A stretch of DNA of 64,000 bases from an uncultured delta proteobacterium (GTDB lineage: Bacteria > Desulfobacterota > Desulfuromonadia > Desulfuromonadales > JACZKF01). Each line of letters starts with the position of its first letter. Position 1 is the first letter of the stretch. Below, piece after piece: positions 32,218 through 43,081 of this stretch. The stretch lies in NCBI GenBank assembly GCA_963816395.1, contig CAWFKQ010000016.1, positions 128,001 through 192,000 on the forward strand, read 5' to 3'. Below the pieces are notes generated by a model. That model was given only the letters and a program-made list of their open reading frames with translations. It had not been told where the DNA came from and made no database searches. The position numbers were made by a program, and so were the translations under genes.

Positions 32218-32250
32218 GAAAAGCCCCACTCCCTGCTCAGGGGGTGGGGC
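32218..32250 (-). terminator. Intrinsic terminator
   Basis: GCCCCACTCCCTG-CT-CAGGGGGTGGGGC preceded by an A run (U tract on the minus strand). Confidence 0.65.
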
Positions 32251-32315
32251 GTAACAAGACATCATGGCCAGTCTGCTCCTTCTGGAGCGGGCAAGGCGAA
32301 GAGCGGGACCAGTGC

Positions 32316-32996
32316 TTACGGATTCAGGTCGACCTTGAATTTCTCAATTGCGGCCCTGGTTCTGCTGTTTATGGTGCCATCAGCCGGCCCCGGATCATAG
32401 CCGAGCTTCGTTAACAGGTTTTGAATGTCAATTACTTCCTCTTTGGAGAATTCACGGATTTTTACAGTTGAGATTGGATCGGCGGTTCTTGCTTCTGTGA
32501 TAATCGTTTCACTAAGACCGGTCTTGTTCTGTTCGACCTTTTTCTCGAGAAAAGGAGAGCTTTCGTGTCCAACCTCAACGAACTTCACATATTCACTATA
32601 CTTTTCCATGAATCGATCAACGTATTTTTGTCCACTCATGCTGGACTTTGATTCTATTTCAAATAAGAGATTACCCGCTTCCGATTTTCTTAATACAAAC
32701 TTCATATCCGCAAAATTGGTGGTAAAAGACCGGGTGTCCCCTTGTATTGAATCTTCTCTGCTATTGAGTCCAGCTTTAATTGTCCCAGATCTCTTATCTG
32801 AACTAAATATTTCGAGATCAGATTCTAATATGGCGCGATGCGCCGCTTGGAAAGACTCATCATAGGTAGATCCAAATATCTCAAATCGGCTTTTGGCCGT
32901 AGGGGATAGGTTTCCAATAGATATCTTACCCATGGAGCATCCCGTCATTGCGAAAACCACCGCAGCAATCAGCATTCCTCTAAGAAACTTGTGCAT
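32316..32996 (-). CDS. Low-GC lipoprotein with a C-terminal peptidoglycan-binding domain
   Basis: Lipobox MTGC; C-terminal IQNLLTKLGYDPGPADG...TRAAIEKF. Confidence 0.75.
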   Translation of the reverse strand: MHKFLRGMLIAAVVFAMTGCSMGKISIGNLSPTAKSRFEIFGSTYDESFQAAHRAILESDLEIFSSDKRSGTIKAGLNSREDSIQGDTRSFTTNFADMKFVLRKSEAGNLLFEIESKSSMSGQKYVDRFMEKYSEYVKFVEVGHESSPFLEKKVEQNKTGLSETIITEARTADPISTVKIREFSKEEVIDIQNLLTKLGYDPGPADGTINSRTRAAIEKFKVDLNP

Positions 32997-33324
32997 GCCC
33001 TACCTCCTTGGGAAAAAAACGATTCGAACTGTTGGGCTATTGGTTGTTTGCGGGGTATCAGCTGGCCCCTGCCTGGATGTTCTGCCGACAAAAGGTATGA
33101 GCGCCTTTTATTCCTGAACGTTATGTGGAAATAATTAGATAAAACTATATTTATCTTTGGCTGGAAAATGAAATTGTCGGCGATTCCCTGTTATCAAAAA
33201 CCCCGAGAACTCAATTCGATCTGCATCATACGACAATCACGGAATTTGTCCAATAAGTCAAATAGGATTTCTTCAATGGCCAGGCAGGAAAAAAGAGGGT
33301 GGGCTGACGCCCGCAGCATGCCGC

Positions 33325-33358
33325 TTGACTGCAAGGCGAGGTGGTTGTATTATGCAAC
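33325..33358 (+). promoter_or_regulatory. Sigma70 promoter with overlapping MarR operator
   Basis: TTGACT-17 nt-TATTAT; palindrome GTTGTATTATGCAAC over the -10; second copy GTTGTATGAAGCAAC at 33827-33841. Confidence 0.7.
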
Positions 33359-33374
33359 TAAATGGGAGACTCGC

Positions 33375-33809
33375 ATGGAATATACTCTCGGCAAATCACT
33401 GGGGCTGCTGGCGACCCGTTTTTCCCGCGTCCTGTTGCGGCGTATCGATGCGGCGTTCGCGCAGCAGGGGTTTGCCATTACTGCCCATCAGTATTCGTTT
33501 CTTGTCCAGCTGTGGGACCGCAACGGCCTGCCCCAGGGAGTTCTGGCCGAGAAGACGGCGCGGGACAAGACGACCATGGCGCGGCTGGCCGCCGGCCTGG
33601 AATCCGCCAGCCTCATCGTTCGCCTGCCGAGCCCGGAGGATTCCCGGGAGCGGCTGGTCTTCCTCACGGACCAGGGAAAAGAGCTGATGGACCGGGCCAC
33701 CGCAGTGGTTCGCGATATCCTGGAGGAAGCCCAGCAGGGGATCGATGATGGACAGCTGGAGATCTGCCGGGAGGTCCTTCGCTGTGCCTGCCGCAATCTG
33801 CAGCGGTAA
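33375..33809 (+). CDS. MarR family transcriptional regulator
   Basis: wHTH with DKTTMARL..LE...LIVR...EDSRERLVFLT..G. Confidence 0.9.
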   Translation: MEYTLGKSLGLLATRFSRVLLRRIDAAFAQQGFAITAHQYSFLVQLWDRNGLPQGVLAEKTARDKTTMARLAAGLESASLIVRLPSPEDSRERLVFLTDQGKELMDRATAVVRDILEEAQQGIDDGQLEICREVLRCACRNLQR

Positions 33810-33860
33810 TTTTTTTCGGCGAAAAAGTTGTATGAAGCAACTATTACCGGAGCACTCTTT

Positions 33861-35096
33861 ATGGCAATGACAACCACCGCCTCTATGATTCAGCCCGCGG
33901 ATATCTCCAGGCGGCACCTGGTCCGACTGGTGCTGATCCTTGGCGCCCTGACGGCATTCAGTTCGATGTCCATCGACATGTATCTGCCCGCCTTCCCCCA
34001 GATATCGCAAGACCTCGGGGTGCCGCTCGGGACGGTGCAGCTCTCCATTTCCGCCTTTCTGTTCGGTTCGGCTGCCGGCCAGCTCTTTTACGGGCCCTTC
34101 GCCGACCGCTGGGGGCGGCGCCTGCCCCTCCTCATCGGTCTGGCGCTCTATGTCGCCTCCACGCTCGGCTGCGCTCTCGTCCGTACGGGGGCGGGCCTGC
34201 TCTTCTGGCGGGTGGTGATGGCCGTGGGGGGAGGCGCCGGGATGGTGATCTCGCGTGCCATGGTTCGCGATCTCTACGACACCGCCGAAGCGGCCCGTAT
34301 GTTTTCGCTGCTCATGCTGGTGATGGGCATTGCGCCGATCCTGGCTCCCATGGCCGGCGGCCAACTCCTGCTGCTCACCGGCTGGCGGGGGATCTTCGGC
34401 TTTCTCGGCATTTTCGGGCTGCTCTCTCTTCTCGCGGTAGCGCTCTATCTTCCCGAGTCCCTGCCGGAGGAGCGCCGGATCAAACGCAGCCTGACGCAGC
34501 TGACGGCTCGCTATGGGCAACTCCTTCGCCATCGCCACTATCTGCGTTACGCCATCGCCCTGGGTTGTGTCGCCGGGGTCAATTTCGCCTACATCGCGGG
34601 CGCTCCGTTCCTCTTCATCGAACTGAACGGCATCACCCCCCAGCACTTCGGCCTCTTTTTCGGCGCCAACGCACTGGGACTGATCGGTGCTTCCCAGATC
34701 AACCGCCGGTTGCTGCGGCATTTCAGCGCCCAGGGCATCCTGAGCGTGGCTTTTTTCGTCAATGCGGCGGCGGGCGTTTTCCTACTGGCATCGGTGTTCA
34801 CCGGGATCGGCGGCTTTCCGGCCCAGGTCGTTCTTCTGTTTGTGGGCCTGAGCATGACCGGACTGCTCTATCCCAATGTGACGGCCCTCGCCATGGCGCC
34901 ATTCGAAAAAATGGCGGGGAGCGCCTCGGCCCTTCTGGGGACAATCCAGTACGCGCTCGGCGCCGCAGCCGGGGCGGCCGTGGGTTTGCTTCACGGGGGA
35001 ACGGCGGTACCGATGGCGGCAGTAATGGCGGGATGCGGCGCTTTGGGCTGGCTGGCGGTGGTCGGAGGAGTACTGAGACAGTCGACGGATGACTGA
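33861..35096 (+). CDS. Bcr/CflA family MFS efflux transporter
   Basis: SIDMYLPAFP, GPFADRWGRR, about 12 hydrophobic segments. Confidence 0.92.
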   Translation: MAMTTTASMIQPADISRRHLVRLVLILGALTAFSSMSIDMYLPAFPQISQDLGVPLGTVQLSISAFLFGSAAGQLFYGPFADRWGRRLPLLIGLALYVASTLGCALVRTGAGLLFWRVVMAVGGGAGMVISRAMVRDLYDTAEAARMFSLLMLVMGIAPILAPMAGGQLLLLTGWRGIFGFLGIFGLLSLLAVALYLPESLPEERRIKRSLTQLTARYGQLLRHRHYLRYAIALGCVAGVNFAYIAGAPFLFIELNGITPQHFGLFFGANALGLIGASQINRRLLRHFSAQGILSVAFFVNAAAGVFLLASVFTGIGGFPAQVVLLFVGLSMTGLLYPNVTALAMAPFEKMAGSASALLGTIQYALGAAAGAAVGLLHGGTAVPMAAVMAGCGALGWLAVVGGVLRQSTDD

Positions 35097-35164
35097 AGCC
35101 GTGCCTCCGGCGCCACCGGAATAAAAGGCAACCGCCGCGGCGGAGAGTGCCCCTGGTCTGTCCC

Positions 35165-36301
35165 TCAGGGGTTCTCCCGTTTCCAGAGGCGGATGCGGGT
35201 TCCCGCCCGCAGGGTCAGCAAGGGACTGTTGCCGCCGTCGACGCGCTCATAGCGCGGCGCGACCGCGGTCCCCGCGGCCTCGTGCCACTTCGCCGCTTCC
35301 AGGTACCGGCCGAGACGATCGTCGAACGACCCCGGGCAGGAGGTCAGAAGCAGCGGCGCGGATACCCTCGCCAGGATGTCCTGCACCTGATCGGGGAGAT
35401 AATAGAGCATCTCCGCCATGACCACCGCATCGGCGCGCAGAGCGGTCTGAAAAACGCTCTCCTCCCGGACCTCGACGCGTTCATCCCCGCGGAACCTCTG
35501 CCGCAGGCGCCCGGCAAACACCGGGTGCGGTTCCACGGCGCGGATCACCGCCCCCGGAACCGCTTTCCGGAGGGCCGCCGTCATGACCCCTTCACAGGCG
35601 CCGATTTCAACCATCGTCTTCAGCTTGGCCGAACCCGCGATCTCTTCCAGGACCCGGCAGGTCGCCCCTATGCGCTCAATTTCGTAAGGCGAGGTTTCAA
35701 ATCCCCACAGATCGGGCAATTCGGAGCGCATCTCGAAGCGGTTGAGCACCAGGCTCTGCAGGACTTCCCGGTAGGAAACCAAGGCGAATGCCTCCACACC
35801 CAGAGCCGCCTCCACCGGTATCCCGTAGCTGTCATCGGGGGGACGTATTTCTTTCGTATAAATTGAATTGAGCAGGTCGACCTTTCGATTCAGGTGCTCA
35901 TCCGCCAGTACCTGGACTTCCGTCGGGAGCGCGCCGCGCGCCTGCACCCGGACCGTCCCGAAAACACGGGAGGCCGCCAGAGAGACGCTGCGATGGTGGG
36001 GGTGATCGTCCTGGGGGCTGTGGGTATAGACGGTGGCGAAAGCGCCGAGCGCAGAGAGGCGCTCGACCAGGATCTCCTGCGGCAGGGGCCAGGGATAGAT
36101 ATCCGCGACCCCCAGCATGCGCCATTCCCGCGCCCCGAGCGCTGCGCAGGCCCGGGCAAATTCCACCGCCCGCTCCTTCCCCCGGCCCCGCCAGTTGCCG
36201 TCGGTGACGGCGACGACCGTCGCCCCCGGGCACCGGGAACTGAAGGTCAGGGTCTCATCGTCCGGATGCGCGACGACAACGAGCGTTCCGTTTCTTCGCA
36301 T
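35165..36301 (-). CDS. PIG-L/LmbE deacetylase fused to a NodS-like SAM methyltransferase
   Basis: AHPDDE and DDHPHH; then WGFETSPYE, EIGACEG, EMLYYL. Confidence 0.75.
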   Translation of the reverse strand: MRRNGTLVVVAHPDDETLTFSSRCPGATVVAVTDGNWRGRGKERAVEFARACAALGAREWRMLGVADIYPWPLPQEILVERLSALGAFATVYTHSPQDDHPHHRSVSLAASRVFGTVRVQARGALPTEVQVLADEHLNRKVDLLNSIYTKEIRPPDDSYGIPVEAALGVEAFALVSYREVLQSLVLNRFEMRSELPDLWGFETSPYEIERIGATCRVLEEIAGSAKLKTMVEIGACEGVMTAALRKAVPGAVIRAVEPHPVFAGRLRQRFRGDERVEVREESVFQTALRADAVVMAEMLYYLPDQVQDILARVSAPLLLTSCPGSFDDRLGRYLEAAKWHEAAGTAVAPRYERVDGGNSPLLTLRAGTRIRLWKRENP

Positions 36302-36485
36302 GGGCAGGACCTCCCCTTCGCTGCCCACCCACGGTATCTCCCCGCCGGTTCTTGTCAAGCTTGCTTCTTTCCAATCAATTAATCCTCGACAAGCCCCTTC
36401 CTTGACAAGGCGTAGCGCCCTATTACTATGAGTTTAGTCTAATCAATGATTCTGTTAATCGCCTTAACAGCTAAGAGGGTCAGCC

Positions 36486-37785
36486 ATGTGCCTCATCCGC
36501 GAAGCGCTCCAGCAGGGTCTGTCACGCCGGGCCTTCCTCCAGGGCGCGGGAGCTCTGGCCGCTGCCCCGCTTCTGGCCGGTTGGGGAGGGAAAGCCGCGG
36601 CAGCGGCAGCTCCGGGCGACCTGACCCGTCCCGGTGCAAGTAATTACCACACCAGGCTCGTGCTCCTGGGTACGGCGGGCGGCCCGGCGTGGTATCCGGG
36701 CTCGAACCGCGTGAGCGCCTCCTCGGCGCTGGTCGTTGGAGAGTCCATCTACCTTATCGATCTCGGCCATGGTGCGACCCACCGGCTGGCCGAGGCTTTC
36801 AACTCAAGCATTTTCGTGAACACGGCCGGCGGCAAGGTCGAGGAATCCCAGTCGAAATTCCTGCAGTATGCGGACGCGCTGTTTTTTACCCATCTGCACA
36901 TGGACCATACCGCGGACTACCCGGCACTTCTGCTGGTTGGCTATAATGCCGGCCTCGGTATCTCGCAGCCACTCAAGGTGTTCGGCCCCGGCGACCGCGG
37001 GCAATTGGAGGAAAACAAGACCGGCTACCGGGGGATGATCGTCGAAACGCCGAGCGGTTCCAAAACGCCTGGGACCAAAGAGATGACCAACCTGCTCTGG
37101 CAGGCGTATGCCCAGACGATCAATGACTTCACCCTGGATAACGGCTGGGTCGATTTTACCACCCTGGTCGAACTGCATGACATCGGCTGGACAGAGGAGA
37201 GCGACATCCAGATCCCGTTGCCCAGGTACGGCTCTCCGGGGCCAGATCTGCAGTGCAACCCGTATTTCATCGACCCGAACACGACCCCGTGCCCGCCGAT
37301 GGAGCCGTTCCCGGTTTATCAAGATCCCGCCAACGATGTCCGCGTCTGGGCCACGCTGGTCGATCACCATCAGGTCTTTCCCTCCTTTGCCTACCGCTTC
37401 GATACGCCGGATGGTTCGGTCGTGATCTCCGGCGACACCGGAGCCAATACCTGCGGGAATCTGAAGAGACTGGCCAAAGGCGCCGACGTCCTCGTCCACG
37501 AGGTGATCGACGAGGCCTGGATAGAGGTTCTGGCCGAAACCGGCGTGCCCGACGCCCTCATCGAGCATCTCAATTCCGTCCACACCAAGATCGGCGAGGT
37601 CGGCGGGGTGGCCGAGGATTGCGGGGTCAAGACGCTCGTTCTCAACCATATCGTGCCGGGCAATGCCCCGGTCGGACATCTGGTCAGGGCGAAGCAGGAT
37701 TTTTCCGGGGAGCTGATCATCGGCGAGGACCTGATGCAGGTCGGCATCGGCAAGGCGCGGCAGCGGCAAGTCCGGCCGTCTTTAG
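36486..37785 (+). CDS. Tat-exported metallo-beta-lactamase-fold hydrolase (RNase Z/arylsulfatase-like); 3' end approximate
   Basis: SRRAFLQG twin-Arg signal; LLGTAGGP, THLHMDH, ISGDT, LVHE, HT, LNH. The ORF as given overruns the next gene. Confidence 0.82.
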
Positions 37786-37806
37786 GGGAGAGGAGGAAAA
37801 ACCACA

Positions 37807-39491
37807 ATGAAACTCATCCGTTGTCTCGTCCCGATCCTGTTAGCGGCCCTGGTCCCGGCGACGGCACATCTCAGGGGAATTCACCCCGGGCAAATCGTAC
37901 CTGGCCCCGGGGAGAGCGCCCGCTCTCACCTCCTATACCCTGGACGCCGACGCCTCCGGCGTGATCGAGACCGTCAACAACATCGTCAACATGACCGTGG
38001 TCTCCAGGGACGCCAACGACCTGAAGGCCGAGTACCGGGCCGGATTCATTCAGGGCAAGCTGCAAGGGGACTCCGATCATCTCGGCCAGGGACAATTGCT
38101 GGGACAACGCTTACCTGACCGACCCTACCATACCTTTCCCCAGCAGCACGGTCCGAGCGGGGACGAACTGAACAAGGCGGGCGATATTCTGAATGCGAAC
38201 TATGCCGCCTTTCTCGCGTACCTGGAAAATCCCGGGACCGACGCCGTTACGGCGTACCGCCTGAAAAGGCTCCTCTTCCGGATGCTCGGCATCTATCACG
38301 GGGTCGTGCTCGACCAGCCGGCCGATCTCGACTTTTCCGGAGCCTGGCTCCCCGACGGCAATTATTTCCAGGCCGCGGAGCTTGCCCTCGGCTATGAAAC
38401 ATCCGGCCTCTCCTTCATGGACCTCTACTACGTGAATGCCTACTGCGACCTCATGGATGTCATCACCTTTCTGGGGCTGCCTCCGGGGGCGACCAGACCG
38501 GGCGACTTCCCGGACCATTGCTCCGCCTTCCTGAAGCGCGCCGGCAGCGAGGTCATCCTGACCCACAACTCGTGGATGGGGTTCCTTTCCCAGACCATGG
38601 CGCAGACCCTCGTCGTCAACGGCGACATGATCACCTTCAATGCTGCAACGCCCGGGTTGATCGGCTCCGGCACCGATTTCGGCTACAACAACAAGGGGAT
38701 CATGTTCAACGAGACCACGCATCGCATGTCCCACACCCAGGTCAAGCCCCTGGGCCTCTTCATCTTCTGGCGCGCGGCCCTGGCGGAGCAGTTTGCCGGC
38801 TCGCATCGACGACTTCTTCGCCGCCATCTCCCTCGACAACACCGGTACCTACCTGAACGGCTACATGCTGGTGGATGCCGAGACCGGCGAGACGGGCCTG
38901 GTGGAGATGTCCTACCGCTGCTTCATCTATTACCGCTCCGATGGCGGCCCTTACTCGGTCAGCAGCCTGTCGCTGGATGGCGGCGCCTGCTCCACCGACT
39001 ACGACGGCGAGATGGTCACGCCGGACTACCTGATGGGGATCAACTACCCGGCCTCGCTGCAGGTGCGCGAGGACCTGCAGTCCAACGACAACCGCCCCGA
39101 GCGGCGGGTGCAGTTCGCTAGATGGCTGCCCGGAGTGACGAATCTGCAGATCGCCAGGAACGTCATCACCTACACCGATCCGAACAACCCCCTCTCCATT
39201 TTCGGGCGCTGGGATCTCGGCTACGGGGTGACCGATTATCCCAAGCAGATTCCGGACGGATCGGTCGACGCGAAGGTCGGGTCGACGGAAATGGTCCGTG
39301 CCTTCATGGAATTATCCGGGGATCTCGATACTTCATCCACCAATACCGGCTTCTGGATGCTCTACGGTACCCCGCATGTCAAGGGGAAGCCGTTCATCTG
39401 GAGCGAGTCGCTGTGGGACGGACAGCCGCTGCGGGATGTGCCGGACAGACTTGACGGGAAATTTACGCCGATGCCTTTGTATCTGAGGTGA
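37807..39491 (+). CDS. Secreted phospholipase B-like Ntn-hydrolase (several frameshifts)
   Basis: Signal peptide; HCSAFLK...THNSW, NETT, NTGTYLNGYMLVD, GSVDAKV parallel the PLBD1/PLBD2 motifs. Confidence 0.7.
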
Positions 39492-39594
39492 GAGATCTCA
39501 AGCGCCAGGTTCACGCCGCTGTGAGAGGCGGTTGCGAACAGGCGGGGACCCTGTCCCAACCCTCACCAGCCCAGGCTGGAAAGGAAAGAAAACG

Positions 39595-40926
39595 ATGAAA
39601 ACCTCGACCTGGATCGGAATTTTCGGCGGCCTCATGGCTCTCGCGTTCCTGCTCAATCCCCCTGCCGTCCGCGCCCAGGATTTCAACGATCGCGGCTGTG
39701 CGTGGCCGCTCCTGTTCTCGCCCGAAGGATCCGGCAATGTGCAGGGCCCTGACGGTGCCGCCCGGTATTGGATCATGCCCTTTGAGCCGCAGTACGCAAC
39801 CATGACCATCCACGGCACCTATCCCAACATCCGGTATTTCTCCTTCGCCGCTTACGAGACGATAGGCTACGACGCTGCGAATAAAACCCAAACGGGCTTC
39901 AACCTTGTGGAACCTCACCTGTACGATGCCCAGATCGCCCCCGATCCGGGCAGCATCAACCCGTTCGTCCCACCGGGCGGTGACAGCGGCACCTATACGG
40001 TCGTCATCTCGCGCACCGGCCCGAGTTCGGGGAATACCATCACGGTTTCCTCCGACCTGGTCTGGGTCGTCCTGCGGATGTACGTAGCGGACGCCGATCC
40101 GTCCCTGAGCGGGCAAAGTCTGATGGGCGGGGTGCCGCTGCCCACCATCACCCTGTCGGGCCAGGCCGGCGCCGGCGAGGAGCTGGAGGCCTGCTTTCCG
40201 ATCAACAAATGGTCGGATATAAGTGACGTTGCCCATCTCCTCTTCCCGCCGGAGATCGATCTGAGTGTCGATGAAGGTACGCCGGCCTCCGATCGGCTGT
40301 GGTTTGCGTCACCGCTGAACCCGCCGTCGATTCTATGGCCTAATCCGGACAACAAATACATGATGATGTGGCCGGGGAACACCTACCAACCCGGGCGGAT
40401 CATGGTCATCCATGGCAAAGCTCCGGGATTCCCCGGCACCTTCGAGGGTTCGCCGATCTGGGAGCCGGCGCGGGGCTTCCGCAGCGTCGACATGCGGTAT
40501 TGGGCCGTGTGCGAGCAGGACTTTGCGCCGCCGCTTTCGCTCGTTGGTTGCGTAACCGATCTGAACGCTCGTCTTGAAGGCGGCGATTATACGATCGTCA
40601 TATCGGACGATCTGCAGCGGCCGGAGTGGCTGAGGCCCAATGTCAACTGGCTGCCGTATGGCGATGAGCAGTATCCCAAGTTCGTGGTGGTCCGCAACAT
40701 GCTGCCCGCGCCCGACTTCCCCTATGCCATCCAAAATGTCTGGGCGGCCGACGACCACGAATGCACGTTCAATCTCGCGTTCCCGGACCTTCCGGACCGA
40801 GGCGCTATCGACGAAAAGGGACCATGCGCCAAGGAAGTCATGGGCGATTATTACCCGGAGGCCGTCTGGTGCGATAAGTCGACCTTCGTGCACGGCGGCT
40901 GGCAAGCCTGCATAAAGGGTCGATAA
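39595..40926 (+). CDS. Secreted hypothetical protein
   Basis: Signal peptide ending VRA-Q; G.YP..RYFSF..Y and DMRYW..C segments; intact 443-aa ORF with RBS. Confidence 0.75.
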   Translation: MKTSTWIGIFGGLMALAFLLNPPAVRAQDFNDRGCAWPLLFSPEGSGNVQGPDGAARYWIMPFEPQYATMTIHGTYPNIRYFSFAAYETIGYDAANKTQTGFNLVEPHLYDAQIAPDPGSINPFVPPGGDSGTYTVVISRTGPSSGNTITVSSDLVWVVLRMYVADADPSLSGQSLMGGVPLPTITLSGQAGAGEELEACFPINKWSDISDVAHLLFPPEIDLSVDEGTPASDRLWFASPLNPPSILWPNPDNKYMMMWPGNTYQPGRIMVIHGKAPGFPGTFEGSPIWEPARGFRSVDMRYWAVCEQDFAPPLSLVGCVTDLNARLEGGDYTIVISDDLQRPEWLRPNVNWLPYGDEQYPKFVVVRNMLPAPDFPYAIQNVWAADDHECTFNLAFPDLPDRGAIDEKGPCAKEVMGDYYPEAVWCDKSTFVHGGWQACIKGR

Positions 40927-41132
40927 CAGGGAGCGGACCGATGCCCGGAGCGGCGCAATGGGCTAGGTAAGAGGAAAGACTGTTCAAGGAGGACGACCAG
41001 ATGGGAAGAAAGCTCGCCAGAAAAGTTTTTTGTGCATCCGTGTTGTTTTGCTTCTTGTTCCTGGTCCCCCCTTCTGAATACCACGGCAAATAAGAGCATT
41101 GACCTGGAGTGCCTCCCCCAGGAGGTGGAAGA

Positions 41133-41887
41133 ATGAAAAGGGTGGGAAGTCTCGTACTCAAATCGCTCGTATTCCTGGCGATAGCTAATCTCAATGTCGT
41201 CAACGCCCAGGCTCAGAACGCACCGCAACCAGTGGCACAAGTCGGTGAAACAAAGGATAATAGCACCCATAAATTGTGATGTACCTCAGGAATTTGTCGT
41301 GTGTACCGGATGGCACGCCCTTTGTAGTGCGTCCTCCGACTGCCGAATAAATGGCGACAAGGCTGACTGCGACTGTTTGCAGGGTCAATGAAACCCATAT
41401 TGTTGAAACAAGTTCAATCCAGGATACTGCGGTCAAACGCCTGACGCAGGCCAAATGCACTGATGAGGATCCGTGCGATGTAGATCAAGCTCCTGTCTGT
41501 AAGGCCATCAAGTACGGGCATTATAAGGTGGATAATGTCAAGTATGATTGGGTATCGACTTTTTCTTACCGTGGCTGGTGCAGTCTTCTGGAGATGAAGC
41601 CAGAAGCTTGTGATCAAAGCGCACCCGGCTATACCGGGGATATATATTGGGCTGTCTGCGATGGCGCTCCATGCACGGAAAACCCGGACCCATTCGATCC
41701 GGAGAGGCCCCTGACTTGTCAGTGCCGGGTAGAGGATGGACCATTTGTCGGAATCAATGGCAGTTGCACCGGTGACAATGGGGGGATCATGTCAAGCTCT
41801 CCGCTAGGACATGGGATTTCCAAGCCAACACCTACCGGATTCCTATCCCTGGCTTGGAATACGTGCAGGGCGCCTGTGCCCCGTTGA
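41133..41887 (+). CDS. Secreted cysteine-rich protein (frameshifts)
   Basis: GGAGG RBS; MKRVGSLVLKSLVFLAIA signal; continues CTGWHALC..C..CDC / C..PC..PVC / C..APC..CQC in shifted frames. Confidence 0.65.
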
Positions 41888-41972
41888 AATCTGATCCATT
41901 GGAAGAGCACCGCCGCGACCGCGAATCCCGCTAGAAACAGGAAACGCTCGTCGATCGCTGGGAGCACGCTAT

Positions 41973-42030
41973 TTATGGGCGGTTTTTCAGGGCAATTTTT
42001 GAATGATTTACTTGCAATTTCCGGCAATTG
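41973..42030 (+). repeat. 58-bp dispersed direct repeat, copy 1 (copy 2 at 54837-54894)
   Basis: Manual alignment gives 50/58 identity; core AGGGCAAnTTTTGAATGATTTAnTTGCAATTTCCGGCAnTTG. Confidence 0.8.
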
Positions 42031-42083
42031 TAAGGGGGATGGGGAAGGGTGTGCCGGGAAATGCCGGATAACGGGAGGACGCC

Positions 42084-42500
42084 ATGAACAGGGATGAGGT
42101 AATCGACTATATCGATTTATACAGTAGCGGAAGGTTCGAAGAAGCCGTCACTGCCTGTTTTACTGAAGATGCCTCCTTCTGGACTACGAGGATCGCCCTG
42201 CGCGGCACCCGGAAGATCATCGACTGGCTGACTGCCAGTCATCTTGGCTATAGCGAGAAGTTGACCCCGGTCGGCCTGGTCGTCGAACCCGAAGGGGCCG
42301 CAATCGAACTCGAACAGGAATTCCATGCCCACGAGGATATGTCCCATTTCTTCATACAACCCATGAAGAAGGGCGAAGTTCTCAGAACACGTGGCGTCTC
42401 CTGGTTCCTGAAATTCAGGGAGGGGAAAATCTGTTCCTCAAAGGAATATCGGTTGCTCTATCGATGCGATCCGAGGCTGTTCATGACAAAATCCCGGTAG
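42084..42500 (+). CDS. NTF2/SnoaL-like protein
   Basis: FTEDASF, GTRKIIDW, FREGKI; paralogue of 43082-43525. Confidence 0.8.
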   Translation: MNRDEVIDYIDLYSSGRFEEAVTACFTEDASFWTTRIALRGTRKIIDWLTASHLGYSEKLTPVGLVVEPEGAAIELEQEFHAHEDMSHFFIQPMKKGEVLRTRGVSWFLKFREGKICSSKEYRLLYRCDPRLFMTKSR

Positions 42501-42589
42501 GGTCTGTCGCACTCAGGCAAGTTTTATTTACGAAACCTACTGGAACGGTGCTGGCCCCTGCGGACCGCCCCCCGATAAGGAGGCTGTTT

Positions 42590-43048
42590 ATGACAGAACA
42601 GGAAGCAAAATTTTTTTTACATGGTATGTTCAGTGCTTTTAATAATGCAGATTGGGATCTTCTTTATAGAGAATATATGTGGGACGACTGCTTGTTCATT
42701 AATGGGGAAGGTGCGTTTAGCGGAAAGAGTCATACCGTTCAGTATTACGATAAGATGTTAAGAATTGGCAGAAAAGAGACACTACATGATCCTTTTAACG
42801 TCTTCGTAAAGAATAATTGGATTGCTGCGGAGATTTTTCTCGACTGGGATTTTACCATCGATACATTCTATGCTGATATGTCATTCAATAAAGGAGACAA
42901 GGTCACATTAAGAACAGCGGAAACTTATATGCTGAGAGGTGACAAGGCGGAGAGAATTACTATATATCGTCTTTGTCCTTGGGTGCTTACGCCATGGCGC
43001 GATAAATTGGATGAATTTGAAAAAATAGTAAACAATGTTCCTAGGTAA
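42590..43048 (+). CDS. NTF2/SnoaL-like protein (AT-rich)
   Basis: AFNNADW, DDCLF, Y.LRGDK..RITIY. Confidence 0.72.
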   Translation: MTEQEAKFFLHGMFSAFNNADWDLLYREYMWDDCLFINGEGAFSGKSHTVQYYDKMLRIGRKETLHDPFNVFVKNNWIAAEIFLDWDFTIDTFYADMSFNKGDKVTLRTAETYMLRGDKAERITIYRLCPWVLTPWRDKLDEFEKIVNNVPR

Positions 43049-43081
43049 AATGCCGGGATCGTCGATGATGAGGAAATAATT

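Noticed and set aside
41060..41125. Possible c-di-GMP riboswitch (GGCAAA) before the Cys-rich gene
   Set aside because: The GAAA-loop P2 stem and the GACGCAAAGC segment are missing.
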